A stretch of 64,000 nt of DNA from an uncultured delta proteobacterium (GTDB taxonomy: Bacteria > Desulfobacterota > WTBG01 > CAIYCZ01 > CAIRTM01). The stretch covers positions 32,001 to 96,000 of the forward strand of contig CAWDSQ010000022.1 of NCBI GenBank assembly GCA_963804955.1, read 5' to 3'. The notes beneath the pieces are model-generated. The model saw nothing but the letters and a program-made list of their open reading frames with translations, did not search any database and was not told the origin of the DNA. This document shows, in pieces, positions 11,056 to 22,250 of the stretch. Position numbers and translations under genes: made by a program. Numbering within the stretch: the first letter of the stretch is position 1; every line of letters begins with the position of its first letter.

Positions 11056-11928
11056 CTAAAAATACCGTCCGACGGCAATGGAAAAATACGGGCCCGACAA
11101 ATCTATATCCATCCGCTGCCGCGCAGTTATATCAGCCGGTATCCGTCTGCCGCCTATTTTGAGCTCATCGGTTACATGCAGCTTCGCGTTGCCCTTGAGC
11201 CTGTTCCAGATTTGAAAGGCCGAAACCGTTACAACCCACCGGTTCATCTGCGGGGAAATATTGCCGAGGTTGACATTAAAACCCGTCATCATTTTATAGC
11301 CCCATTCGCTGCTGGTCCAGTTGCTCTGCGCCCTGTCGTAAAAATAGCCGCCCTTGCGAAACTTGAAGGCTGCTTCACTTCTGAAAAACGTATAGCCCAG
11401 CCCCGCTGCGATAAAGGGCTCAATAATCCTGCCGGAGGCATACTGATCCTTGTAGTCCGTGGTCAATGGGTAATAATAGATATTTGACCATAGCTCAACA
11501 GCGCTGTAGCGCTGCCGCATCCGGATGGCGACATCAAAGGGCGTTTGCTGAAAGCCGGTGCTTGACGATATGAGCGATCCGGTTGCCCCTGCAATCGCAA
11601 AATCAGCCTTGAAATATTTCGACAGATCTTTCCAGAGCACAAGGTCTATCGTCTGTATGGTCATGGTGTCCCAGTCTTTCAGATCACTGCCGGTCAAGCG
11701 ATTTATATCCCGTATCACGTGGTTGGCGTTGGTGAGCTTCGGCTGGCAGTTGGTCGTCTGGAGCTTAATGCCGTCAAAAAAAGGCATCTTAAATTTGCCG
11801 GCTCCGGACGCACCTGAAGCAACAGGCCCGTCATCAGCAAAGCAGGGAGCCATGTGACAAAAAAAGAAAGCTGCGCACAGCAGCAGGGCTGAAAAAAAGG
11901 CGTGAACGAAACAATGCTGTCTGGTCAT
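11056..11928 (-). CDS. Secreted, probable outer-membrane beta-barrel protein of unknown function
   Basis: Signal peptide, amphipathic strands (PFIAAGLGYTFF), terminal Phe (SIAVGRYF). Confidence 0.6.
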   Translation of the reverse strand: MTRQHCFVHAFFSALLLCAAFFFCHMAPCFADDGPVASGASGAGKFKMPFFDGIKLQTTNCQPKLTNANHVIRDINRLTGSDLKDWDTMTIQTIDLVLWKDLSKYFKADFAIAGATGSLISSSTGFQQTPFDVAIRMRQRYSAVELWSNIYYYPLTTDYKDQYASGRIIEPFIAAGLGYTFFRSEAAFKFRKGGYFYDRAQSNWTSSEWGYKMMTGFNVNLGNISPQMNRWVVTVSAFQIWNRLKGNAKLHVTDELKIGGRRIPADITARQRMDIDLSGPYFSIAVGRYF

Positions 11929-13896
11929 TGCGCGGTGCTCCGGTCAAGAACACAGCGGATTGCTTCTGCCATGTCACGCATCAGCAGCGGTTTTTTTATA
12001 ATGTCTCGAAATCCATGCTCTTGTGCATTATCCGTGTCACCGAAATCCAGATAGCCGGTACAGAGGATTACGGGGAGGTCTGGTTTTATGCGGAGTATCT
12101 CTCTGCCAAAATCAAAACCCGTCATACACGGCATATTTTTGTCTGTTATGACCAGATCAAACCGGTCGGGGTTTTCGTTGAACAGGTCAAGGGCTTCAAG
12201 GACATTGGTCATGGCCACCACCGAATACCCCATTTCTTCAAGCATTTCCCTGACCACCTCGACAGCCGCATCTTCGTCGTCGACAAACAGGATTCGTTCG
12301 CTTCCTGAAGTCAAGGCGGCATCCTTCTCATCCTTCTCATCGCCAGCCTGTTCTTCAAGCCGGGGCAGAAGCACAGAGAACGTTGTTCCCTTGCCGAACT
12401 CGCCGCTGACAAGAATTTTTCCCCCGTAATTCTTCACAATGCCGTGCACGACCGAAAGCCCCATGCCGGTGCCTTCGCCGGGAGCTTTCGTCGTAAAAAA
12501 GGGGTCAAAGATCCGGTCAATAACTTTGGGATTTATACCGTCGCCGGTGTCGCGTACCGTCAGTTTGAGATACTCCCCTGGAGCAAGTTCGGGAAACTGC
12601 TCCTTCGAAGCCGGATCGATATGCACTTCATCAAGCGCCACCTCAAGAATCCCGCCCTTTTCCTTCATGGCCTGCGCCGCATTGGTGCACAGGTTCATGA
12701 TTATCTGATGCACCTGCGTCGGGTCGGCAAAAACCATATCGGCGGCAGCCCGTATGTTTTCCTGAATTTGAACGTGCCGCGGAAGCCCCACGCATATCAG
12801 CTGGAGCGCCTCCTTGATAATGCTCCCGAGCTTCACCGGCATCCGCTCCTCATCCCGCTGGCGGCTGAACGTCAGAATATGTTTTATCAGGTCTTTGGCG
12901 CGGTTGCCTGCGTTTAATATCTGCGTGAAGATATACTCTGTTTTTCCCTGCTCAATGAGCTTTTTGTGCAGGCCGAGTTCGGCATACCCGACCACGGCGG
13001 TGAGGATGTTATTAAAGTCGTGGGCGATACCGCCGGCCAGCGTGCCGATCGCCTCCATTTTCTGCACCTGAATGAGCTCCTTTTCAGCGCGCTTGCGCTC
13101 CTGCATTTCCACTTCCAGGTCCCTGTTTGCCTGCATCAGCTGCTCAGTGCGCGCCTGAACCCTGCGCCTCCAGCTCCCTGTTTGCCGACTGGACCTTTTC
13201 CCGCTCCAGCTCAAGCAGCTTGGAAAAATAAAAATCCCGGCGGGAGGACATCTCGATGGAATAGCATGAAAACATCCCGATAATGTTTGCGCAGATAAAG
13301 AAGAAATTGTTATTGATAAGCACGGATACCGGCGCATCAATGAGCAGCAGTGATGCCAGCTCATAGAGCACAACAATAACCCATCCGGCAAGGGAGGCCC
13401 AGACAAAGCGAAGTCCTACAAACGTGTAGCCGTACATAAAGATAAGAATAAGGCCTGCGTAATATGAATAGCTTGCAGGCGGCGGGGCAACCAGTATCAT
13501 CTGCACGACGCAGAATCCGACCCAGATCATGGACAGGGCAACGCTGCATTGCATATACTCTCTGAAATGCCGGGTAAAAGAAAAGAGAAGGATCGCCAGC
13601 ACGCCGGGACAAATGAACGCATACCGTATCCACCACAGAACGACTTTTTTCTCTCCTGCCAGAGCAGCGTCCAGGAAACCGAAGACGGCAAAAAGCGCAA
13701 TGGCAAGGAGCAGGGAAAATCGTATCCTGCTGAGCGATTTATTAAAGTAGTTTTCAGAGTACTCCTGTTCAAGCTTCGGCGGAAACGTCAGAGACAAAGG
13801 ATTGAGCTGCATATCCCGGATGCCCGATGACGCGGCGCTCCCCGCAAAGAGAGCGTCGGCATACTTCGCCGTCTGATTTTTTATAAATTTTTTCAT
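11925..13896 (-). CDS. Hybrid sensor histidine kinase: ~6TM input + HisKA/HATPase + receiver (one frameshift near 13160)
   Basis: ORF 13144..13896 is the multi-TM domain. ORF 11925..13406 has GGIAHDFNN, NLCTNA, DTGDG, FDPFFTTK, GTGMGL, ILFVDDE, LVITDKNMP. Confidence 0.9.
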
Positions 13897-14050
13897 AACC
13901 TTATTGTAACACCACTACATACAATTGCCCCTGAAACTTAAAATAATACTAAAGAGGCCTGCCGGTTCTGTGTTATCGGGAGGTGGTTGACCGCATAAAA
14001 AAGAGACGGTATCCGCCGCCTCTTAATGGGAATAATGAAATTTTTTATAT

Positions 14051-15502
14051 TTATTTAATTTTAGTGATAATGGCGAAAAATATTACCCCTGACTCTTCCC
14101 GCTCAATGCTGATAGAAATGTTTTCAGCACCCATGGATGCATTAATTAACGTGATCAGCTCATCTTCATTGCGGGGAATGAAATACCAGTCGCCGTACCA
14201 GTTGAGCGCTATGGGCCGGTGAGAATCTTTATCCTTATAGGCAACAACCAGCTTGCCGCCGGCTTTGAGCTTTGCGTACGAATCGCTGAATATTTTTTTA
14301 AGCATCCGGTCCTGCAGGTAATCTGCAATGCCGATGCTGTATATCATATCCACGCTGCCGTCAGGCCCAAGGTCAAGCGCTTCAAGGCGAAGTATGTTGC
14401 CCTGCACAAGCTCAACATGTATGTTGCCCGTAGTGATCTCAGACAGCGTCTGCCGGGAATACTCAAGGGCGATCGGGTCCTGATCAACACAGGTAATGGT
14501 TACACAGCCGGGGTGGCTTAGCGGGCGCCGGAACATTTCGCGGATATCCCTGCATGCCCCGCTTGCAAGATTGATAATATGAAGCGATTGTTCCCTGCTT
14601 GCACCAATAAAATCATAGAGGATGTCCCGCATCTTATCTTTGCGGCGCCGGATCGCAACCGCATAGGGAACGTCAAGGCCATACCGGTCGATATACTGGC
14701 CGATGCCGCTTGACAGTTCGAGATTGTTGTAGACGCCCTCAAGCATTTTGAAATCGCCGGGATAGCCGTGAGGTTTTTCAAAGCCCCGCTTAAACACGGC
14801 CGACTGGTAGATAAAATGCCCCAGCAGCAGGCGCACCCTGTTTTTGATGTCGCTGTTCAGGGAGGGGTTATCAAGGCAGCTTTCAAGCCGGTCTCCGGCC
14901 TCCACAAGGCTGTCAAGCGTTGCATTGCATTCAGCCTGAATGAGCGCGCCGGGCCGCCCCTGGGATATCATGGTATCTATATCTATAAGGCTTTCAAGGG
15001 CAAGCCGTACATCAATCATGAAAAAAGTCTTTATTTCAGTGACCGCCGCACTATCGCCCGCTCTGCGCGCAACGGCTTCGGCATGGCTCAGCAAAAGAGG
15101 TTCGTTCAGCAGAAATCGTTTTCGCAGCTCGCTGCGCTCCTGAATCGAGAGGTCCAGAAAGGTAACTCCGTATTGCCCGCTGCCGCCATTATCGCTTTCT
15201 TCAGACCAGATTCTTTTACACGAGAGCTTTTTATTGCTTAGAAAAGGCACGCCCATGGTAAACAGGGAAGCTCCGTTCCCGGGAGCCCTGTCCATCTCGA
15301 TGCGGGCGCCGGTATCACTTATGTCCTGCAGCGAGCCATACAAGACTTCATCCCCTTCATGTATAAAGGTGAGGGTGTTCAGCCCGATGCGGTATGCCCC
15401 TCTGCGGTCAAAGTTTCGCCTTTGCCGTGTCCTGATGAAAGGATTGGTTCTTCTGTCTCCGAGTTGAGCCCACGTCCCAGCCTGTTCAGCCTGTTTCAGC
15501 AT
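14051..15502 (-). CDS. PilZ domain fused to class I SAM-dependent methyltransferase (PhcB-like)
   Basis: PilZ motifs DRRGAYR and DISDTG, KPHGYPGDF, SAM motif INLASGACRD, CVDQD, YSIGIADYL. ATG at 15502 follows AAGGAG. Confidence 0.75.
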   Translation of the reverse strand: MLKQAEQAGTWAQLGDRRTNPFIRTRQRRNFDRRGAYRIGLNTLTFIHEGDEVLYGSLQDISDTGARIEMDRAPGNGASLFTMGVPFLSNKKLSCKRIWSEESDNGGSGQYGVTFLDLSIQERSELRKRFLLNEPLLLSHAEAVARRAGDSAAVTEIKTFFMIDVRLALESLIDIDTMISQGRPGALIQAECNATLDSLVEAGDRLESCLDNPSLNSDIKNRVRLLLGHFIYQSAVFKRGFEKPHGYPGDFKMLEGVYNNLELSSGIGQYIDRYGLDVPYAVAIRRRKDKMRDILYDFIGASREQSLHIINLASGACRDIREMFRRPLSHPGCVTITCVDQDPIALEYSRQTLSEITTGNIHVELVQGNILRLEALDLGPDGSVDMIYSIGIADYLQDRMLKKIFSDSYAKLKAGGKLVVAYKDKDSHRPIALNWYGDWYFIPRNEDELITLINASMGAENISISIEREESGVIFFAIITKIK

Positions 15503-16019
15503 GCCTTTGCTCCTTTTTTCAGTTGATAAAAGAAGAATAACCTCTTGATAGATAATTAGAATCGACAATGCCTCATGGCTAAAAACACCCGCCGGTAAAG
15601 GTTCCATGCGGCGGATACGCAACGCCTCTGCAGGTGAAGCTTACATGCCGATGGCCGTGCAGTCATAATGCCATGCGAGCTGCTTTTTTTTGCACTGCCT
15701 GACGTTCATAGCGCACTGCTTTGCCCTGTTCGCAGAATCATGGTCCAGGGGCTGTGCAGGTAAAGCAGACACAGTAAATCAGTAGTAATTATCGGAACTT
15801 TCCGGCATCTCTTTAATTTAAATGGTGCGCGCTGCACGATGCCGGCGCAGTCCGGTTCCGGAGGGCAGCAAGCATGAAGTTTCGATACGAGGCAGCGATA
15901 AACAGGGTTGATAAGGATTGACAAAATAAAATCCGTTTTTCTAGAAAACGTACAAATAGTATTTAGTGCAAACGTATTGTTCTTGCCTGCTTAAAAAAAG
16001 TCGAAGCCTTGCTGTCGAA

Positions 16020-17304
16020 TCAAAAAAGCGCAGGCTGTTTGACTCGTCGCTCGCCTGCCGATACTATGCCCACAGTGCCGTACTCGCCGTCATAGCCGGG
16101 GTTGATGTCAACCTGGCCGCTGCGCATTCTATCGATGGCCTCGGCAAGCAGATTCCCATCCTGCTGCGCGCAGACCGGCGGTGGGGCAGGCGCGGAGGAT
16201 GGACAGTTCGCTGCCGTAGCGGACGAGCAGTTTTTCATAGTCATTTTTGACGCGGTTGGTGTTAACGCCCATGCCATGCACTTCGGCAATAATTTCGGCA
16301 AGGGGTATAAGGCTCTCAAAGCCTGCCGCCTGCGCCGGCCGAAAGCCTGCATCGCGGTCGGCAAGCAGGCTCACCCTGTGCATGACGCCCACGGTTACCT
16401 TGCGTCCGCAGACCGGGCACAGGCCATCGTGCTTGCGCGTCTCCTGCGGCGTGAGGCGTGTATCGCAGGCCCGGTGACCGTCGAGATGATATTTGCCCTC
16501 TTCAGGAAAAAACTCCAATGTGCCCTTAAAGCCGGCAGGGTCTTTATCGCGCAGGCTTTTCATCATGGCCGGATAGGTCATATCGCAGGCAAAGATGTTT
16601 GCCTCACGGGCAAGCTTTGCGGGGGAATGGGCATCGGAGTTTGACACGAGCGCGAACCGGTCCAGGGTCGACAGCATCCAGTTCATGGCCGGGTCTGATG
16701 ACAGGCCCGTTTCAAGGGCGAAAATCTCAGGCGTCAAATCCTCAAAGCACTCGTCGATGGAGTCAAAGCCGCTTGCCGCGCCGAGCACGGAGAAATGCGG
16801 CGTCCAGATATGGGCCGGTATGAGAACATTGTCGGGCGATGCCGCAAGGGCGAACTCAAGCAGCCGCTTACAGTCCATGCCGATAATAGGCCTGCCGTCG
16901 GAGGTGATATTAGCGCCGATTTCCTGCAGCCGGGCATTGAGCTTTCCTGCTCCGGCAAAGTCTGGCGAAAGAATTACGCTGTGCACCTTGCGCGTGCGGT
17001 CATTTTTTTTATAGATAGTGCTCACCTCGGCGCTCAGCACGAACCTCACCGGCGCGCGGCATGATTCGGGAATATCGGCATCAATAGGCGCGCACAGAGC
17101 GTCTTTCAACTTATACAGGCCGGGCTCGGCAGGCTCCATCTTCTCCTGCATCTCGGCAAACCAGCGAGGGTGGGTGAAATCGCCCGTTGCCACCACGGCA
17201 AGACCCTTAAGCTGCGCCCACCGGTACAGCGATTCAAGGTTCATGTCTTTGCTTGTAGCGCGCGAATAGGCGGAATGTATATGCAGATCGGCGATGAATT
17301 CCAT
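16020..17304 (-). CDS. Endonuclease Q family PHP-domain protein (frameshift near C-terminus)
   Basis: ADLHIHSAYSRATS, TGDFTHP, PAHIWTP, SNSDAHS, GKYHLDGHRAC, CPVCG, GYDGEYG. No fused UvrD helicase. Confidence 0.85.
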
Positions 17305-17535
17305 GCGTGCTCCTGTTGTTTAGCTGTTTGAAAGGCCATAGGAGCATAGCAATATGCCGCCGGCCGTTCAACTGAAATTATCGTCAGCGCCGGCGACATG
17401 GCGGATTGAATTATGGAACGTATTTTGATACGTTCCTCAAAATTACCAAACAGTTCAATTTTTTCATGTTGATGATAGCTGCTTCCTTGCTTGTTTAGCG
17501 CTTGACTCAGGGTGTGGCCGTGATCCCCTGCCGGC

Positions 17536-17563
17536 TTGACAGCCCCGCCAATTGTTCTATACT
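17536..17563 (+). promoter_or_regulatory. Putative sigma70 promoter
   Basis: TTGACA-16 nt-TATACT upstream of the 17590 gene. Confidence 0.55.
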
Positions 17564-17589
17564 CTTCAGAAAAAAGAAAGAAGGTGTCT

Positions 17590-17931
17590 ATGTTTCTGCT
17601 GCGCGTTATCTGCACCATGGTGGCGATTCTCATCATCGCCTATATGTTCCCGTCAATTATGTGGGTCGAAGGGGTGGCGTCGGCCCTTGCGGCGGCCTTT
17701 ATACTGGGCATTGTGAACGCCATTGTCAGGCCCGTGCTCATTATTCTCACGCTGCCCATAACGCTTCTGAGCATGGGATTTTTTCTGCTCATCATAAACG
17801 GCCTCATGCTGGGCCTGGCTGCTTTTTTCGTGCCGGGATTCCATGTCAATGGCCTGCTCGGAGCAGTGATAGGCTCGGTGCTGGTGAGCATTGTCAGTTG
17901 GATTCTCTCGGCCACAGTAGGCGATAAATAA
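17590..17931 (+). CDS. 4-TM membrane protein, YvlD / phage-holin-family-like
   Basis: LGIVNAIVRPVLIILTLPITLLSMGFFLLIING signature. Confidence 0.85.
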   Translation: MFLLRVICTMVAILIIAYMFPSIMWVEGVASALAAAFILGIVNAIVRPVLIILTLPITLLSMGFFLLIINGLMLGLAAFFVPGFHVNGLLGAVIGSVLVSIVSWILSATVGDK

Positions 17932-17968
17932 TATCCTGGCCACGAGATCTGCAGCAAACGGCTATGCC

Positions 17969-18457
17969 ATGGCAAAAGAAAAAACCCCGGTAACTCCTGC
18001 AGTGCGCGCCCTGCGCGCGGCAAAGGTTGCCTTCACGGACCATCTGTATGCCTATGAAGACCACGGCGGCACGGCACTGTCCGCCCGCGAGCTTGGCGTG
18101 GATGAGCACTGCGTCGTCAAGACCATTGTTATGGAGGATGACCGGAAAAAGCCCCTTATCGTGCTCATGCACGGCAATCTGGAGGTATCGGGCAAACAGC
18201 TTGCCCGCCTCACCGGAGCCCGCAGCATTACCGCCTGCACCCCTGAAGCGGCAAACAAGCATACGGGCTATCTTGTCGGGGGCACCTCGCCTTTCGGCAC
18301 GCGCAGCACCATGCCGATCTACATGGAAGAGACCATTCTTGCCCTTCCCCGCATATACATAAACGGCGGCAAGCGCGGCTATCTGGTGGGCATGGACCCC
18401 AAAGATGCGGAGCGCATGCTGAACCCAAAACTGGTAAACGTCGGGCTTGAAAAATGA
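17969..18457 (+). CDS. ybaK: Cys-tRNA(Pro) deacylase YbaK
   Basis: TPAVRAL, VKTIV, TGYLVGGTSPFG, INGGKRG. Confidence 0.9.
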   Translation: MAKEKTPVTPAVRALRAAKVAFTDHLYAYEDHGGTALSARELGVDEHCVVKTIVMEDDRKKPLIVLMHGNLEVSGKQLARLTGARSITACTPEAANKHTGYLVGGTSPFGTRSTMPIYMEETILALPRIYINGGKRGYLVGMDPKDAERMLNPKLVNVGLEK

Positions 18458-18549
18458 AGTCCTTGTGAAAAATTAAAGAAGTTGTCATTGACACGTCCGG
18501 GGCTTTTTACGAAAGCACCAAAAACAATCTGCTGAAAGAGGCTTTGTTT

Positions 18550-19443
18550 ATGGAAAAAATAGGTTTCATCGGCCTTGGCATCATGGGTACGCCCATGGCC
18601 CTCAATATCCGAAAAGCAGGCTATCCGCTCTGCGTCTGGAACCGCAACCCGGCAAAGGCTATACCGTTCAATAATCTCGGCATTATGGTTTGTGCCACAC
18701 CTGCCGAGGTTGCGGCAGCCTGTGATGTTCTGGTCATTATGGTATTCGGCCCGGAGGCGCTGCATGATGTGCTTCATGGCGATTACGGCCTGTGTGAGAG
18801 GCTCAAGCCGGGCTGCACGGTTATCAACATGAGCACGGTGTCGCGCGAGGCGACTCTGGCTGCGGCTGCTGCTGTTGAGGCCTGCGGCGGAGTGTTTGTC
18901 GATGCGCCGGTTGCCGGCAGCAAAAAGCCGGCTGAAGACGGCGCGCTGACGATTCTTGCGGGCGGCGAGAAGGCGGTGATCGACCGCATGACGCCCCTTC
19001 TCAATACCATGGGCAGAGTGGTTATCTACTGCGGCCCCACGGGGCAGGGCACGGCCATGAAGCTTTTTATCAACCTGTTCCTGGGCACCCTCATGCAGTC
19101 CCTTGCCGAGGGCCTTTGCGTGGGCGCGAAGATGGGGCTTGGCATCTCCGACATGCTGGCTGTGATTGAAAACAGCGCTGTCGCCTGCCCCCTGTTTAAG
19201 GTAAAAGGGGCAGCTATCGCCAGCGGCGATTTCAGTAAAAACTTTTCAGTTGATCTTATCTTTAAAGATTTGGCCCTGCTGCTGGAGGCAGCAGATAAAC
19301 TGGGCGTTCCTCTGCCCCTGACCGCCGCGGCATGCGAGGCATTCTCAGGCGCACGGGCAATGAAATTTGGCGACCAGGACATGGCAGCGGTCATTAAGGT
19401 AATTGAGGCGGTTACGGGTTCCCGGGTTAGAGCTCCAGTATAA
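18550..19443 (+). CDS. NAD(P)-dependent 3-hydroxyisobutyrate dehydrogenase family oxidoreductase
   Basis: IGFIGLGIMGTPMA, DAPVAGS, GTAMKLFIN, FSVDLIFKDL. Confidence 0.9.
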   Translation: MEKIGFIGLGIMGTPMALNIRKAGYPLCVWNRNPAKAIPFNNLGIMVCATPAEVAAACDVLVIMVFGPEALHDVLHGDYGLCERLKPGCTVINMSTVSREATLAAAAAVEACGGVFVDAPVAGSKKPAEDGALTILAGGEKAVIDRMTPLLNTMGRVVIYCGPTGQGTAMKLFINLFLGTLMQSLAEGLCVGAKMGLGISDMLAVIENSAVACPLFKVKGAAIASGDFSKNFSVDLIFKDLALLLEAADKLGVPLPLTAAACEAFSGARAMKFGDQDMAAVIKVIEAVTGSRVRAPV

Positions 19444-19446
19444 CAG

Positions 19447-19482
19447 CGGCGGGTGAATCCTCCGCGGCGGACGAACCCGCCA
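19447..19482. terminator. GC-rich hairpin downstream of the oxidoreductase gene
   Basis: GGCGGGT...ACCCGCC inverted repeat. No clear U-tract. Confidence 0.35.
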
Positions 19483-19932
19483 TGACGATACAATGAAGCA
19501 CATGATGAGCTGTAATATGAGGACCTTTCAGTCAATAAGAATCTCTGTATAGAAAAAACCTGGCGAACTTGAGCCGAAGGAAAAAAGTGGCAAAGCAGTG
19601 CAGGGCGGAGTTGCGGCTTGACTCATGACTTTGAATGCTGCGTAACACACTATCGTGTCCCGTGCTGCTCTTCCAGAAATTCCCATTACGGCTCTAAATG
19701 AACTCATTACACCAGACTATACATGGCCACCGGGTCATCTGCCGTGTTGGATTCGATGATACATTCGATTTTTCTGTTGCGTGCTCTCGGCGCACCACTT
19801 CGCAGTTGATTTTTTCCTGCTTTTCCTCTATATCTGTGCACCTGCCCAACGGCTGTGGAAATAGTCTTAAAATCCGTCTCTGCGGCTTTTTGAGGTATTT
19901 GTAAAGACAGTATCCGAATAAAGGAGATAATC

Positions 19933-20826
19933 ATGTCAAACGGCGTTGTTCTCAAAACAGATTTTACCGGCCTCACGCTTATCAACCGGGGCAAGGTGCG
20001 CGATCTCTATGACCTTGGAGACAGCCTGCTCATCGTTTCCACGGACCGCATATCGGCCTTCGACGTGATACTTCCGAACGGCGTTCCGCGCAAGGGTGAA
20101 GTGCTCAATAAAATGTCCATTTTCTGGTTCGCGCAGGTGCGGGACATCGTCCCTAACCACATTATCACAACCGATGTGAGCCGTTTTCCTGCTGCCTGCC
20201 TGCCCTATGCCGATGTGCTGGCGGGACGCAGCATGGTTGTGAAAAAGGCAAAGCCCCTGCCCATCGAGTGCATCGTGCGCGGCTATATTTCCGGCTCGGG
20301 CTGGAAGGATTACCAGAAAACCGGCGCCGTCTGCGGCATCAGGCTGCCGGCGGGGCTGCGCGAATCAGAGGTGCTGCCCCAGCCCATCTTCACGCCATCG
20401 ACCAAGGCCGATGTCGGCGTTCATGATGAAAACATAAGCTTTGAAGAGGCCTGCAAAACCGTGGGCGCCGAGCTGGCAGGGTCGGTGCGCGATCTTGCGA
20501 TTGCCGTGTACCTGCAGGCCCGGCAGGTGGCGGAGAAGCGCGGCATCATCATCGCCGATACGAAAATGGAATTCGGCACGCTTGATGGAAAGGTTATCCT
20601 GATCGATGAGCTGCTCACGCCCGACTCCTCGCGCTTCTGGCCGCAGGACTCATACGCGCCCGGCCGTTCGCAGAACAGCTACGACAAGCAGTTCGTACGA
20701 GACTACCTGCTCTCCCTTGACTGGGATCAGAAAGCGCCTGCGCCGAACCTTCCTGCGGATATTATCGAGAAAACCTCGAATCGCTATATCGAGGCATATC
20801 GCAGGCTCACGGGCACAGAGCTGTAG
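19933..20826 (+). CDS. purC: Phosphoribosylaminoimidazolesuccinocarboxamide synthase
   Basis: [59 protein letters not shown]. Confidence 0.97.
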   Translation: MSNGVVLKTDFTGLTLINRGKVRDLYDLGDSLLIVSTDRISAFDVILPNGVPRKGEVLNKMSIFWFAQVRDIVPNHIITTDVSRFPAACLPYADVLAGRSMVVKKAKPLPIECIVRGYISGSGWKDYQKTGAVCGIRLPAGLRESEVLPQPIFTPSTKADVGVHDENISFEEACKTVGAELAGSVRDLAIAVYLQARQVAEKRGIIIADTKMEFGTLDGKVILIDELLTPDSSRFWPQDSYAPGRSQNSYDKQFVRDYLLSLDWDQKAPAPNLPADIIEKTSNRYIEAYRRLTGTEL

Positions 20827-20836
20827 GGAATAAAAA

Positions 20837-20949
20837 CCAGAAATCAGAATTCAGTAGCCAGAATCCAGAATAAAAGGCACAGAGGCTTCAGGGAGTTTAT
20901 TTTTTTTCTGGCTCTGGCTCTGGCTTCTGAATTCCGACTTCTGAATTCT
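20837..20949. repeat. Heptamer tandem array with inverted partner array
   Basis: CCAGAAA TCAGAAT TCAGTAG CCAGAAT CCAGAAT ... TTTCTGG CTCTGG CTCTGG CTTCTGA ATTCCGA CTTCTGA ATTCT. Confidence 0.8.
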
Positions 20950-20991
20950 TTTTTATCGACAGACCTGCTATAACCGTGGCATATAAAAGCC

Positions 20992-22108
20992 ATGGGGTCA
21001 CACACCACCATCCTGTATCTCATTACCGCAACAAATGCGGGCGGCACGGAGAAAGCGCTCTGGGAGCTTGTGCGCAGGCTGGATGCCGGCCGCTTCAAAG
21101 CCCATGTCTGCTCTCTGAAAAAACCCGGCATTTTCGGACCCCGCCTTGCCTCTGCTGCTGTTGGTTTTTATACCCTTGCGCTTCCCGAGGCCGGCGGCCT
21201 CAGGGCCGCTCTGAATTTTTTGCCGGCCTGTGTCCGCCTGGCGGGCCTTGTGCGCAGGGTGAAGCCGGATATCATCCACTCTTTTCTTTTTCGCGCCAAT
21301 ATCTGCGGCAGGCTTGCCGGCAGGGTACTCGGGGTGCCGATTATTATTTCCTCCCTGCGCGTAACCGAAGCTGAAATTCTGCCGCATCTTGTTGACCGCA
21401 TGACCGCAGGAATGGTAGATGCATACACGGCGGTTTCAGAGGCGGTGAGGCAGGAGGCGATTAGCCGTGCAGGCATTGCCCCTGAAAAAATCATCACGAT
21501 TCCCAATGGCATTGAGTGTCCCGACCTGCTGCATGAACCCGCTGCAGCTGAACATTCGGGCTCTTTTACTATAGCCCTGCCCGGCCGGTTTCACCGTCAG
21601 AAAGGGCATGCGGTTCTGCTGCATGCCCTGAAGCGTATGGCCGGTCAGGAGCCACCGGCGCAGGCCTTTTTTTGGGGTGAAGGCCCTGATGCAGCGGCGC
21701 TTGAAAAAATGGCCTTTGATCTGGGCATTGCAGACCGTGTGCGTTTTATGGGCGTTGTCGATAATCCCATTGAGGCAATGGCAGGCATGGATGCAATCGT
21801 GCTGCCGTCGCTGTGGGAAGGCATGCCCAATGCCGTGCTTGAGGCCATGGCCGCAGGCAAGCCCGTTGTGGCATCGCGCATTGCCGGGATGGATGAGCTG
21901 GTGCAGGATGGCAGTTACAGGCCTGCTCTGCGAGCCGGGCAATGCCGAAGAGCTGGCAGCAGCCCTGCGGCGGCTTGCCAGCGACCGGCAGCTCGCCTGT
22001 GCCATGGGCCAGGCGGGCCGAAGGCTCGCCAGAGAAAAATTTTCCATTGATGCCACTGTCGCAGCTACCGTCGGCCTGTATGATGAACTGCTCTGCGTTA
22101 AGAGGTGA
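20992..22108 (+). CDS. GT4 family glycosyltransferase (frameshift near 21910)
   Basis: GGTEK, PDIIHS, IPNGI, GRFHRQKGH, PSLWEGMPNAVLEAMAAGKPVVAS. Tail continues TGLLCEPGN...FSID. Confidence 0.9.
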
Positions 22109-22214
22109 TTCCGGATTCCAGATTCAAGAAGGTGAAATAAATTCAAGATTCCGGATTCGAAATTCAAGATAGTTTTGGCTTTAGTTTTGAATCCTGAATC
22201 AGGAATTTTGAATC
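22108..22214. repeat. Second heptamer tandem/inverted array
   Basis: ATTCCGG ATTCCAG ATTCAAG...ATTCAAG ATTCCGG ATTCGAA ATTCAAG ... TTTGAAT CCTGAAT CAGGAAT TTTGAAT. Confidence 0.8.
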
Positions 22215-22250
22215 AAACATGTATCGTCTCTACACCAATGGAGAAGAACA

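Noticed and set aside
15620..15760. c-di-GMP-I riboswitch upstream of the PilZ gene
   Set aside because: Minus strand has GGGCAAA but lacks the GAAA-tetraloop stem and GACGCAAA elements.
17590..17931. Prophage suggested by a holin-family gene
   Set aside because: YvlD-like family is common in chromosomes, and there are no endolysin, integrase or structural genes nearby.
19444..19932. Purine or ZMP riboswitch upstream of purC
   Set aside because: Long intergenic region, but I could not match the conserved cores by eye. Needs an Infernal scan.
20837..22214. CRISPR array
   Set aside because: 7-bp degenerate tandem units without unique spacers, and no cas genes.
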